Shown in pieces: positions 14,495-22,795 of a stretch of DNA of 24,000 nucleotides (position 1 is the stretch's first letter; each line of letters starts with the position of its first letter). The notes under the pieces were generated by a model. It was given only the letters and a program-made list of their open reading frames with translations. It was not told the origin of the DNA and searched no databases. Source of the stretch: an uncultured Clostridia bacterium (GTDB taxonomy: Bacteria; Bacillota; Clostridia; Christensenellales; UBA1242); the NCBI GenBank assembly GCA_944381215.1, contig CALWKF010000002.1, positions 22,684 through 46,683 of the forward strand, in the 5' to 3' direction. Position numbers and translations under genes: made by a program.

Positions 14495-14523
14495 AGTATA
14501 CCACAGGTGCAAAATAATATCAA
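14495..14523 (-). promoter_or_regulatory. Sigma-A promoter with extended -10 (TTGATA-17-TGgTATACT) for asp23-like
   Basis: Minus strand reads TTGATA (14523-14518), a 17-nt spacer ending in TGG, then TATACT (14500-14495). Confidence 0.5.
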
Positions 14524-15002
14524 CTATTAACAGGAATTATTTTGATATTATCGATTGATTTATTTGTCTGCTCTTGAACGATTTGGACAATTTGCGCGAC
14601 TTGGGCATCGGTTAGGTTATCCTCGGCCTTTACCATAACGTTTACAAAGTTACTTGACATTGACACGATGACATCGTCAAAACCCTTTGCTTTAATGTTG
14701 CCTTCTAGATACAATTCGCTCTCAATTTGGGCAGCAATACTACTTAGAGCGGTCTGTGCAGAGTCTTTTGCCTCCTGTGTACTATTTGCGCTCTCTAAAA
14801 TTGCTGTGTAGTATAGTTTTTCCTCATCGCGCGCCAAATCTCTGTCCGTTCTGTAACTTGTAAAGAAGTTTGCCGTCGAAACCGTCCCGCCAGTGTCGAC
14901 CACCTCATTACTTTGATTTAAGGTAACGTTTAAGAACCCAGTCAGCACGAGTAAGCCCATCATTACACTAAGTACAATTATTTTCTTTTTCTTTGCAACC
15001 AT
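14520..15002 (-). CDS. spoIIIAH: Stage III sporulation protein AH
   Basis: N-terminal TM (KKKKIIVLSVMMGLLVLTGF), then FFTSYRTDRDLARDE and C-terminal VNVMVKAEDNLTDAQVAQIVQIV, typical of SpoIIIAH. ATG 15002 is preceded by AAAGGAG at 8 nt. Last gene of the spoIIIA operon. Confidence 0.82.
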   Translation of the reverse strand: MVAKKKKIIVLSVMMGLLVLTGFLNVTLNQSNEVVDTGGTVSTANFFTSYRTDRDLARDEEKLYYTAILESANSTQEAKDSAQTALSSIAAQIESELYLEGNIKAKGFDDVIVSMSSNFVNVMVKAEDNLTDAQVAQIVQIVQEQTNKSIDNIKIIPVNS

Positions 15003-15021
15003 ATTTTTAACTCCTTTCATA

Positions 15022-15588
15022 TTAATCACCTTTTACAAAAATTTCTACTTGCGCACTCGTTACATTTAGTAGTGCTTGGACCGCCTTTAAGATGTCTAAC
15101 TTCACGCGGACATCGTCTGCCCCGCTCGACACTATGACAATGCCTTTTATATCTGGCATAATCTCGTACAGTACGAGTGGTTCGCTAGTGCCATTTACAT
15201 TAATGATAATTGGCTCTTTGTTAGAAGTCGAGGACTCAGTCTTGTTTGTTGTACCGCTTGATGTCGTGTTTTCTGTGCTACTGTTTTGCTCATCGTTCGA
15301 GTATGCCAGCACGCGCTCGACCTCGCCATCGAGTGTAATCATGCAATCTACACTACCCGCCCCCGCGATTGAAGACAAAACTTTATTCAGTCTTTCCTCT
15401 AACGAACGTGCATACTGTTCAGTTGTTGTTCCTGTACCTACTGATGCATTGGTTTGGGTATCGCTCCCCGTTGGGAACAGCCATATTGCTATAATAACCA
15501 CCGCAAGCAGAATGACTGCATATACCTCGATGTGTTTTACCTTTTTTAGTTTTTCGAGCCATTTAGAAAATACTTCCTTGTTAGCCAT
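15022..15588 (-). CDS. spoIIIAG: Stage III sporulation protein AG
   Basis: TM followed by the WLFPTG motif, a low-complexity S/T/N linker, and a C-terminal ring-forming domain (IKGVIVVSSGADDVRVKLDILKAVQALLNV). Operon position supports the call. Confidence 0.82.
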   Translation of the reverse strand: MANKEVFSKWLEKLKKVKHIEVYAVILLAVVIIAIWLFPTGSDTQTNASVGTGTTTEQYARSLEERLNKVLSSIAGAGSVDCMITLDGEVERVLAYSNDEQNSSTENTTSSGTTNKTESSTSNKEPIIINVNGTSEPLVLYEIMPDIKGIVIVSSGADDVRVKLDILKAVQALLNVTSAQVEIFVKGD

Positions 15589-16066
15589 ACACAATTATCC
15601 TTTTTTCATCAATTGAAACAAGATTTCCTACCAACTCCTTCACTGCGGTATAATAATTAATATGCTGAGAATTTTCAATTATGCCTAAATCGCTTAAATC
15701 GACAAAAATATAATTTAATTTCAATTCCTGATTTATAAAATCTGCTGAAATACTCACTTTTGCCCCCTCATAACTTTTATTTATATATTCCTCTATCTCG
15801 CGCTCTAAATTTTCTACATTCTGTGCATTTACGTTGTCTATATAGTTTTGATTGATAGTGTAGTTTGTGTCATTAAAGAAATTGTTCCAGTCCCAGTCGC
15901 TTTTAATTAGTTTGGCAAGTGGTGTTATGATTACTACCACTATAAAGATTGAATAGATACTCTTTATATACTTGCTGACCTTACTGTCAGGTAGCACAAG
16001 TTCTATTACCACAAGCAGGAATACTACTCCCACAACCGAAAGTAGATATATACTGATATCGCTCAT
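15581..16066 (-). CDS. spoIIIAF: Stage III sporulation protein AF
   Basis: 161 aa with two N-terminal TM helices and a soluble C-terminal domain. AAGGAG lies 5 nt before the ATG. Located between spoIIIAE and spoIIIAG. Confidence 0.75.
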   Translation of the reverse strand: MSDISIYLLSVVGVVFLLVVIELVLPDSKVSKYIKSIYSIFIVVVIITPLAKLIKSDWDWNNFFNDTNYTINQNYIDNVNAQNVENLEREIEEYINKSYEGAKVSISADFINQELKLNYIFVDLSDLGIIENSQHINYYTAVKELVGNLVSIDEKRIIVYG

Positions 16067-16075
16067 CTCATCTCC

Positions 16076-17287
16076 TTACATCACATTAGCTGTGCAGAGT
16101 ATTAGGCCAATGCTAACCATATACATAAAGCCCACTCCCGCAAGAATTACGACTAACATATTGAGTAACTTTGATATAGACATTAAAAAGTCTGGGACCT
16201 TCGACTTTGTTAAGGGTTCGAGAATTGAGGCGGTTAGTTTTAGCCCGAGTGAAAACACTGCAATCTCAATTAGCGGGAAAAGCACTGTACTGGTAGCAAG
16301 CACTACACCAGTGAGCCCTATAGCATTCTTTATTAAGACACTGCTAGCCATTACTAGATTAAATCCGTCAGAAAGGTACCCACCAAGTATTGGTATATAA
16401 CTTTTTAGTGCAAACTTTGTAGCTCTTATGGATACGCTATCGAAACTCCCTGCAACTACACCGCCAATCATCATTGCGCCCATAAACACACTAAAACATA
16501 TTCCTGCTACCCATTTAAAGATACTATAAAACAGCGACTGGAATTTGCCAAGTTTAACGGAATCAGTCAAATGCCCGACAACGCTAAATACAAAGGAGAA
16601 TATAAAGAGCGGTATTAGAAAGTAAGTAAATATCTGCACCACTAGATTGCTGAGTATTACGAGTGTGGGCTGGAACATACTCACGGATACAGCACCGCCG
16701 ACTGAGGCAAGCAGTGTGAGTAGTATCGGGAATAGCAAGTCCATCTGCGCCTTTAACGAGTTTATGCAACTGGTCGTGCTATCAAGTAACGAGAACACGC
16801 TAGCGGTAATTAGGACAATTACCACGCCATAGCACACAAAGTCGATAATCTTACCCACAGAGTCGCCACCAACATCACCGCGCATATTTCCAACTAGGCT
16901 ACATAATACAGTTACTGCAATAATGATACAAAGCAAGGGAATGAAATCGCCAAGTCCACCGAAAAATGTACCAATTAGTGCATTAAAAAAGGAGCCGTAG
17001 TTTGTATCAAATTCACCATTTAACAGTCTAGTTACGCTGTCCCAAAAGCTTGTGCTATTAAAGAGGTCTTTCCCGTCTTGCGTAAGGTCGGCAATTATTT
17101 GGTCAAATTCACCTAAGTCGATGTTGCCTAGTTGGTCGTAGATGTTTTCCTCGAGTTGTTGTTCGAGTTCGGTACTGCTTGTCCCATCGGCACAGAATAC
17201 AGCAGGCAGGTACATTATAATTATGACTACTAACACTAAAATCGCTATTAGGAGTTTGGGGTTTGGAATACGATTTAATTTAATCAC
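16076..17287 (-). CDS. spoIIIAE: Stage III sporulation protein AE (polytopic permease-like)
   Basis: 403 aa with a signal/TM segment followed by about 8 TM helices. GTG start overlaps the spoIIIAD stop as GTGA. Operon position supports the call. Confidence 0.88.
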   Translation of the reverse strand: MIKLNRIPNPKLLIAILVLVVIIIMYLPAVFCADGTSSTELEQQLEENIYDQLGNIDLGEFDQIIADLTQDGKDLFNSTSFWDSVTRLLNGEFDTNYGSFFNALIGTFFGGLGDFIPLLCIIIAVTVLCSLVGNMRGDVGGDSVGKIIDFVCYGVVIVLITASVFSLLDSTTSCINSLKAQMDLLFPILLTLLASVGGAVSVSMFQPTLVILSNLVVQIFTYFLIPLFIFSFVFSVVGHLTDSVKLGKFQSLFYSIFKWVAGICFSVFMGAMMIGGVVAGSFDSVSIRATKFALKSYIPILGGYLSDGFNLVMASSVLIKNAIGLTGVVLATSTVLFPLIEIAVFSLGLKLTASILEPLTKSKVPDFLMSISKLLNMLVVILAGVGFMYMVSIGLILCTANVM

Positions 17288-17673
17288 GGCATAATACTCA
17301 CAATTATATCTATTAGTGACTTGATAACGGGAATAGCCAATACAAAGATGACCAGTTTACCCGCTAGCATGATTTTACTAGCCACCGCACTATTCCCGCT
17401 GTCTAGGCATATATTAGCACTAAATTCAGTTAAATAACCTATTCCTATGATTTTTAGCAAAATGATAAAGAGTTCGCTGTTGAGCCCTGTGCTGTCTAAA
17501 ATGTACGAGAAAACACCGAAAACCTGTTCTAGTAAGTCGATTATGTAAAAAAATATCAGTATTGATCCCGCAACACCTACCAAAACTGCAATCTCGGGCT
17601 TGACCTGCTTTACCACAATAACTGCCACAACCACGACAAACGCTAGGCCGATGACTTTTATTAATTCAACCAC
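17284..17673 (-). CDS. spoIIIAD: Stage III sporulation protein AD
   Basis: 129 aa with 4 TM helices and the characteristic GIGYLTEFSANICLDSGNSAVASKI. Confidence 0.85.
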   Translation of the reverse strand: MVELIKVIGLAFVVVVAVIVVKQVKPEIAVLVGVAGSILIFFYIIDLLEQVFGVFSYILDSTGLNSELFIILLKIIGIGYLTEFSANICLDSGNSAVASKIMLAGKLVIFVLAIPVIKSLIDIIVSIMP

Positions 17674-17681
17674 AGTGCCCC

Positions 17682-17879
17682 CTAATATAGATAAAATAGG
17701 TTTTGTACTGAACTAAACAATTCACTGACTAAATCAATCACGATTAGTAATACAACAATCAAGCCTGCTAATGTTGACAAAGTCGCTATTTCATCTTTGC
17801 CAGCCGATTTTAGCACCTGTGCTACTATTGCTACCACTATGCCGATGGCCGCAATTTTAAATATTACCTCTATCCCCAT
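17682..17879 (-). CDS. spoIIIAC: Stage III sporulation protein AC
   Basis: 65 aa from ATG 17879 (MGIEVIFKIAAIGIVVAIV..), which parallels B. subtilis SpoIIIAC (MGVDVNVIFQIAGVGIVVA..). GGGG lies 5 nt upstream. Confidence 0.85.
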   Translation of the reverse strand: MGIEVIFKIAAIGIVVAIVAQVLKSAGKDEIATLSTLAGLIVVLLIVIDLVSELFSSVQNLFYLY

Positions 17880-17887
17880 AAACACCC

Positions 17888-18376
17888 CTATAAAACAACT
17901 ATGAATAGTGCTAGCCCTGCCATAACTCCTAAACGTGAGGACATAGCACCTTTTTTCTGTTCCTCCCGAGTTTTATCTAAATGAGTATTTAGAGATTCTT
18001 TTGTCTGTCTAATCGCCTCTAACTGTGCCGTACTGTCTATTCGCCCGAGCCCTTGCATAAAGTTCGAGATTAACTCTGCCGTGTCCTTGTCAACCAAATT
18101 CTGCTTGCTTGTCCACTCATCAAGGTACGTCTTAACATTTGTCAAATTTTTTTGATAACCGTCCAAAAATAAGTTAAACTCATTGTGAAAAGCGGTTTTC
18201 TTTTCGTTTAGTAGTGTCGAAATCTCATTTTGCGTAAACATGATGTTTGTCTCAAAGAAGTCAAGAAAGGTTTTAAAGTCTTGAATGAATACAAGTTTTT
18301 TATGGTATTTAGAAGCCACTCTAAATCCGACTAGTGCACAGATAATAAAAAGCAGAGTACCTAGTAAAATATTCAA
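17888..18376 (-). CDS. spoIIIAB: Stage III sporulation protein AB
   Basis: N-terminal and C-terminal TM helices flank a helical cytoplasmic domain. The likely start is TTG 18376 (GGGAGGG SD 4-5 nt upstream). The track GTG at 18406 would overlap spoIIIAA by 19 nt. Confidence 0.75.
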   Translation of the reverse strand: MNILLGTLLFIICALVGFRVASKYHKKLVFIQDFKTFLDFFETNIMFTQNEISTLLNEKKTAFHNEFNLFLDGYQKNLTNVKTYLDEWTSKQNLVDKDTAELISNFMQGLGRIDSTAQLEAIRQTKESLNTHLDKTREEQKKGAMSSRLGVMAGLALFIVVL

Positions 18377-18387
18377 TCTTCCCTCCC

Positions 18388-19302
18388 TTAACCGAAAAAA
18401 AGGCACGAGTTATTCTTATCCCATACGCCTTCAATTGTGCCTACGCCTTTTCTGCACGACAAAACAACAAAGCGATCAAATAATTTACAACTCAAAATGT
18501 TCGCAAAACTCGGCTTGTTTTGTAAATCGTAGATATCTTTGCTGTGTGCGGTCGCAATAATTTTTACGCCTGAACCTGCCACATAGTTAACAGCCTCAAT
18601 ATCTTCTTTTGTCGCCAACTCGTCTAGAATAATCGCATCGGGCGACATTGTGCGGACACCGTTAATTATGCCGAACTGTTTTGGTGAGCCCGCATATATG
18701 TCTGTATACTTGCCGACATATAAACTAGCACGTCCGTCGACACTCGCCGAAATTTCGTTTCTCTCATCGACAATTAATAGATTCCGCGTAATAAACTTGT
18801 CACTGAGGTGAGTCGCTAAGTCGCGAATAAAAGTCGTTTTTCCTGCGCCTGGTGGAGCAATTACTAGTGTGTTTTTCACTCCGTCAGAATCGTGTAAAAA
18901 AGGAAGGGCATTAAGGCTACAATTCTTAACCGCGTGCGGTATACGTATGTTTATAGAGCTAAAATTTTTAATCGTCTTTATTTTGTCGTTACCTAGCACA
19001 ATTTCACCACAAATACCCAAGCGGACACCTGATGAGAGCGTGATAAAGCCTTGTTTTAATTCCTCGTTGTGCGCATAGACACTACACTCACAGGCACGGA
19101 AAACTAGATCATTAAGTTCCTGCGCGGTTACCGTTAGCGCATCGCCTTCGGCATCAGCTAGTCCATTTTCACCCAAATAATAACGCCCGCCGTAATAGAT
19201 AATTGTAGGATAGCCAACGCGCAACCTAATCTCGTTTAGTTTATTGACGTCTAAAAAATCTAGCGCGTGCGAAAACCGTGGTGGTAAGACCTTACTCAGC
19301 AC
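18388..19302 (-). CDS. spoIIIAA: Stage III sporulation protein AA (secretion-type AAA+ ATPase)
   Basis: NEIRLRVGYP, Walker A APPGAGKTT and Walker B ILDE. The GTG at 19302 lies 8 nt after GGAGG. The track GTG at 19311 is part of the SD itself. Confidence 0.9.
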   Translation of the reverse strand: MLSKVLPPRFSHALDFLDVNKLNEIRLRVGYPTIIYYGGRYYLGENGLADAEGDALTVTAQELNDLVFRACECSVYAHNEELKQGFITLSSGVRLGICGEIVLGNDKIKTIKNFSSINIRIPHAVKNCSLNALPFLHDSDGVKNTLVIAPPGAGKTTFIRDLATHLSDKFITRNLLIVDERNEISASVDGRASLYVGKYTDIYAGSPKQFGIINGVRTMSPDAIILDELATKEDIEAVNYVAGSGVKIIATAHSKDIYDLQNKPSFANILSCKLFDRFVVLSCRKGVGTIEGVWDKNNSCLFFG

Positions 19303-19323
19303 TTTTGCCACCTCCTTCGCTCT

Positions 19324-19352
19324 ATTTTATTGAGGAAAGTTGCTAAATATGA
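19324..19352 (-). promoter_or_regulatory. Candidate sigma-E-type promoter of the spoIIIA operon
   Basis: Minus strand reads TCATATT (19352-19346), 14 nt, then AATAAAAT (19331-19324). Compare the sigma-E consensus as recalled, kmATATT-14-CATACAnT, with 6/8 matches in the -10 box. Confidence 0.4.
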
Positions 19353-19384
19353 TAAAAGAGCATGGACTTTTTGCTCCACGCTCT
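19352..19384 (-). terminator. Rho-independent terminator after the hexapeptide-repeat gene
   Basis: Minus-strand RNA reads AGAGCGUGGA-GCAAAAAG-UCCAUGCUCU (10 bp including one G.U), followed by UUUUAU. It overlaps the stop codon. Confidence 0.65.
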
Positions 19385-20373
19385 TACATATTTCTTAAAA
19401 ATACATTCTCGTCTTGTTTTAGCCGCTCCATATCGCTAGTATTAAATATGTTTATCATTCGATTTGTTTTGCCGAAAATTTCGACTTTTTTATTTTGAGT
19501 ATTTGTAAAATTGCCTTCGCCTAAGAGTCTAATATTCCTAGATATTGAATAGTTGTCGAGTTTTACGCCCCCACCGACAAGAGAACGGTCTGACACTATG
19601 CTATTCTTTACCACAGCACGCTCGCACACCACAGCATCGCCATAAATCTCACTATTCCCCGCAACCGAGGCATTTTCCTGCACTGTTGCATTTTGTGTTA
19701 CAGAGGCCTCGGGGAATATCCAACAATCTCCCAACTGCGAAAGATTTTGAGAACTGCTAATTAGGCCACCTAACTCACCCTTTTTAACAAACTGGTACTT
19801 GTTATTAATATCGCGAAGGGCTTGAATACGGAACAAGCCAACGCCCTCAGGAAGCATTAAATATTTTGTCACGGGACGCTCCTCTTGAGGTTTGTAGGGT
19901 CTGCCAATACACTTGTCAAGTGTAACACTGCACAAGTCTTGAGTGCTGAAAAGTGAAGTATCCCCCGTAACGCTAGACTTAAATAGCAAGGCTTGCCCAC
20001 CAACTACGGCATTTTGATTCACAAAGCAATCTACCAATTTAGGGGAACCGATAACTGTTGCATTCCCGCACACATAACTATTAAGTAATTTTGCTTTACC
20101 ACTGATTAGTGCATTGTCGCAAACCACACTACTATGGCGTAAAACAGCATGACCGCGTACCACCGCATTGTCACGTACAATACTATTATCAAATATCCAT
20201 GCATCGGAATATTTAGTTAAGTTCGCCTCACTGGCAACATATCCGCCTAATTCACCTCGCTTTACCACACCCGATGGAGTATATATATCCCTTAGGGCTC
20301 TAATGCGATATAATTTAGTGCCGTCGTTATCTCTTATATAATCATTCCCGACGATTTCGTATTTTGTATTCAT
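19384..20373 (-). CDS. Tandemly duplicated left-handed beta-helix (hexapeptide-repeat) protein, YdcK-like, function unknown
   Basis: Two modules. Each has a cap (TKY..LYRIRALRDI..VKRGELGGYV.S..NL..D.WIF) followed by about 11 hexads (IVRDNA VVRGHA VLRHSS VVCDNA LISGKA ..; SVTQNA TVQENA SVAGNS EIYGDA VVCERA ..). Start set at ATG 20373, with GAGGAG 5 nt upstream. Confidence 0.7.
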   Translation of the reverse strand: MNTKYEIVGNDYIRDNDGTKLYRIRALRDIYTPSGVVKRGELGGYVASEANLTKYSDAWIFDNSIVRDNAVVRGHAVLRHSSVVCDNALISGKAKLLNSYVCGNATVIGSPKLVDCFVNQNAVVGGQALLFKSSVTGDTSLFSTQDLCSVTLDKCIGRPYKPQEERPVTKYLMLPEGVGLFRIQALRDINNKYQFVKKGELGGLISSSQNLSQLGDCWIFPEASVTQNATVQENASVAGNSEIYGDAVVCERAVVKNSIVSDRSLVGGGVKLDNYSISRNIRLLGEGNFTNTQNKKVEIFGKTNRMINIFNTSDMERLKQDENVFLRNM

Positions 20374-20391
20374 ATTTTCTCCTCTAAAAAG

Positions 20392-20418
20392 CAAAAAGGC
20401 AGGTCAAAACGACTTGCC
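20392..20418 (-). terminator. Rho-independent terminator after the 44-aa ORF at the end of the nifS-nifU unit
   Basis: Minus-strand RNA reads GGCAAGUC-GUUUU-GACCUGCC (one G.U pair), followed by UUUUUGC. Confidence 0.65.
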
Positions 20419-20429
20419 TAATTTGCAAA

Positions 20430-20564
20430 CTACATTTTTGCGACTTGGTCTTTTATTTTCTGCTTGCCTTTTTCAATGGCGTCTTTAACAGGTTTACAAG
20501 TCTGCACCAGAATTGCCCCAGCGACTGCGCCGAGGACCATTCCTACTAAAATGCCATCACACAT
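20430..20564 (-). CDS. 44-aa small membrane peptide (YtxH-like Gly-zipper TM plus lysine-rich tail), not in the ORF track
   Basis: Hand translation gives MCDGILVGMVLGAVAGAILVQTCKPVKDAIEKGKQKIKDQVAKM, then a stop. A strong SD AAGGAGGAG lies 7 nt before the ATG, and a terminator follows about 10 nt after the stop. Confidence 0.55.
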   Translation of the reverse strand: MCDGILVGMVLGAVAGAILVQTCKPVKDAIEKGKQKIKDQVAKM

Positions 20565-20723
20565 AGTACTTCTCCTCCTTTATTTTCTAAACTTATTGTG
20601 TGTACTTTTTCACAAAATAAAGAAGTTAAAAATTGTTAAATCAAAACTATGCGCAATAGTGCTGTATTGACAGCCGTAGTACTTTATATTTTATTTAAAA
20701 TTATTGGAATATAATTAACACTA

Positions 20724-21116
20724 CTACTCCGTGCCAGTCTTGGTTTCCTTCTCCAAACGCTTGTAATAATCTTCAACAGCGTTGGTTAGAGCGAGGCTCG
20801 CAAGACTTAAACAATAGTCCTTTTGCGGAGCAATCTCGCCCAATTCCTCCAAGACATCGTTGATGTTGAAGTTTAGAAGTTCATCAACTGTTAGCCCGAT
20901 TACCATTTTGGCAGTAACCGAACACACGGCAATCAATGTTGCACCTCCAAAAGTTTTAAATCTAGCATCAACAACCTTGCCGTTCTCAATTTGTAGATAA
21001 AACTTTACAATATCACTGCAGATATCGCTATCTGCCCTACCTATTGCATTTGCCCCACGCAGCATTCCCGCGTTTTGAGGATTTTGCAATATTTCCATAA
21101 TTTTTGCGTTATACAT
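20724..21116 (-). CDS. nifU: IscU/NifU-type Fe-S scaffold homologue with a non-canonical ligand set
   Basis: 130 aa. NPQNAG, ICSDIVKF, ARFKTFGGATLIAVCS and QKDYCLSLAS align by eye with the IscU motifs NPRNVG, ACGDVMK, ARFKTYGCGSAIASSS and KIHCSILAE. Lies immediately downstream of nifS. Confidence 0.8.
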   Translation of the reverse strand: MYNAKIMEILQNPQNAGMLRGANAIGRADSDICSDIVKFYLQIENGKVVDARFKTFGGATLIAVCSVTAKMVIGLTVDELLNFNINDVLEELGEIAPQKDYCLSLASLALTNAVEDYYKRLEKETKTGTE

Positions 21117-21117
21117 A

Positions 21118-22299
21118 TTACTCGTCCTCCTTTCCTACCTGTGATTTAGTCAATGCGGAAATCTTGCGCAACTTTTCCACACACTCAATAAGTTTTTCAA
21201 CTACGTAGTCAATTTCATCCTTTGTAGTGTTTTTACCTAGGCTAAAACGCACAGCCCCTTGTGCAAGGTCTGGTGCAATTCCCATAGCAGTAAGAACGTG
21301 GCTATTCTCGATAGAACCTGACGAGCATGCCGACCCCGTGCTAACTGCGATACCGTTTAGGTCAAGCAAGTACATCAAGCTCTCGCCCTCGACCATACCG
21401 AATGAGAAATTGACATTGTTAGGCAGTCTCTGTACGGGATGTCCATTTAACTGGGTCATCTCGATACTGCTAACAACTCGTTGAATAAAGTAGTCGCGTA
21501 GAGTCCTCATCTTCTTGCTGTTCGCAATAATGTCGCGGGTGGCAATCTCGACAGCCTTTCCTAGTCCCACAATGCCAGGGACATTGCTAGTGCCAGCGCG
21601 GAGGCCAAATTCCTGCTCACCACCATTCATAAAGGGTGTAATTACAACCCCGTCGTGTACATATAGAGCACCTACACCCTTTGGCCCGTTTAGTTTGTGT
21701 CCACTTAGGCTTAGAGCATCAATGTTCATCTCGTGAACGTTGATATTTACGGCGCCGATTGCCTGTGTTGCATCAGTGTGGAAAATTACATTCTTTTCTC
21801 TTGCAATGTTTGCGATTGCCTGAATGTTTTGAATAGTGCCCACTTCGTTATTGGCAGCCATTATTGAGATTAAAATTGTGTCGGCACTGATGTAGTGAAG
21901 CAACTGGTCAATGCGCACAAGGCCCATTTCATCAACATCTAGATATGTTACCCTAAACCCTTCACGCTCGAGTTTGTGGCAGGTTTCTAGAATACTTGGG
22001 TGCTCGATTTTGCTGGTGATGATGTGGTTACCCTTGTGCCTGTTTGCCTTTGCAATTCCATTTAAGGCCCAGTTGTTAGATTCAGTTGCGCCACTGGTAA
22101 AGTAAACCTCATTTGGTTCACAGCCAATAGATTTCGCGATGCGTTCACGCGCAAGGTCGACAGCAGACTTTGCCGTCCTACCAAAACTGTGCAGACTATT
22201 CGGGTTACCGAAGTCGCTAGTTAGATACGGCATCATCTCGTTTAGAACTTCCCCAGACAACGGTGTAGTAGATGCGTTGTCAAGATAGATTTTGTTCAT
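21118..22299 (-). CDS. nifS: Cysteine desulfurase (class I, NifS/IscS type)
   Basis: 393 aa. IYLDNASTTP, FTSGATESNN, PLP-lysine context SLSGHKLNGPKG and catalytic loop GSACSSGS. Confidence 0.92.
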   Translation of the reverse strand: MNKIYLDNASTTPLSGEVLNEMMPYLTSDFGNPNSLHSFGRTAKSAVDLARERIAKSIGCEPNEVYFTSGATESNNWALNGIAKANRHKGNHIITSKIEHPSILETCHKLEREGFRVTYLDVDEMGLVRIDQLLHYISADTILISIMAANNEVGTIQNIQAIANIAREKNVIFHTDATQAIGAVNINVHEMNIDALSLSGHKLNGPKGVGALYVHDGVVITPFMNGGEQEFGLRAGTSNVPGIVGLGKAVEIATRDIIANSKKMRTLRDYFIQRVVSSIEMTQLNGHPVQRLPNNVNFSFGMVEGESLMYLLDLNGIAVSTGSACSSGSIENSHVLTAMGIAPDLAQGAVRFSLGKNTTKDEIDYVVEKLIECVEKLRKISALTKSQVGKEDE

Positions 22300-22354
22300 A
22301 ATCTATACTCCTTTTTCTTTTTGTGTTGCATATAAAAGTCTCTTTGATAATTAA

Positions 22355-22383
22355 ATTATATCACTAATCTATGATTATGTCAA
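22355..22383 (-). promoter_or_regulatory. Perfect-consensus sigma-A promoter (TTGACA-17-TATAAT) for nifS-nifU
   Basis: Minus strand reads TTGACA (22383-22378), exactly 17 nt, then TATAAT (22360-22355), about 55 nt upstream of the nifS ATG. Confidence 0.65.
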
Positions 22384-22400
22384 GAGTGAAAGTAATGCAT

Positions 22401-22430
22401 AAAAAAAGAATTACTCAAAAGAATAATTCC
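22401..22430 (-). terminator. Rho-independent terminator after trxA
   Basis: Minus-strand RNA reads GGAAUUAUUC-UUUU-GAGUAAUUC (AT-rich stem with one mismatch), followed by seven U residues. Confidence 0.55.
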
Positions 22431-22438
22431 TTTTTAAA

Positions 22439-22762
22439 TTAGTCCAAATTCGAGTTAATCAAGTCCTCAATTTGAGACTTTTGCCTAAAACCTGACACGC
22501 GAGTTACTTCGGCACCATTTTTAAATAAAATTAGTGTAGGTACGCCCATAATGCCATACTCTTTCGCTAGGTCCATACTCTCATCGATGTCGACCTTGGC
22601 AACAACTACTTTTTCGCCCATTTCCTGTTCTACTTGGTCAAGAATTGGCGATAACATCTTACAAGGACCACACCAAGTCGCAAAAAAGTCCACAAGCACT
22701 GGCTTGTCACCCTCAAGTGCAGTCTCCTTAAAGTTTTCGGTATTTATATGAACAATTGCCAT
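22439..22762 (-). CDS. trxA: Thioredoxin
   Basis: WCGPCK active site in FFATWCGPCKML. 107 aa from ATG 22762 (MAIVHIN), with AAGGAGAAAG upstream. Confidence 0.92.
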   Translation of the reverse strand: MAIVHINTENFKETALEGDKPVLVDFFATWCGPCKMLSPILDQVEQEMGEKVVVAKVDIDESMDLAKEYGIMGVPTLILFKNGAEVTRVSGFRQKSQIEDLINSNLD

Positions 22763-22795
22763 TTTCTTTCTCCTTTTCACATAAAATCAGCTTAT

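Noticed and set aside
14466-14523. N-terminal extensions proposed by the ORF track (asp23-like here; likewise sigG 4704-4751, trxA 22763-22780, ydcK-like 20374-20394, argR 11442-11450, spoIIIAH 15003-15029)
   Set aside because: In each case an internal ATG has a well-spaced SD and matches the family N-terminus. The extension overlaps a promoter, terminator or upstream gene.
15092-15616. 174-aa plus-strand ORF, with similar antisense ORFs at 1127-1507, 2312-2626, 12855-13214 and 15972-16400
   Set aside because: Each is embedded opposite a conserved gene (spoIIIAG, spoIVB, recN, xseA, spoIIIAE/AF). They are S/T/P-rich with low-complexity translations, and I saw no SD or family motifs for the ones I checked.
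20464-20670. 68-aa plus-strand ORF in the nifU-ydcK-like spacer
   Set aside because: It has no SD. It is antisense to a 44-aa ORF that has a strong SD and a terminator. Its translation is low-complexity.
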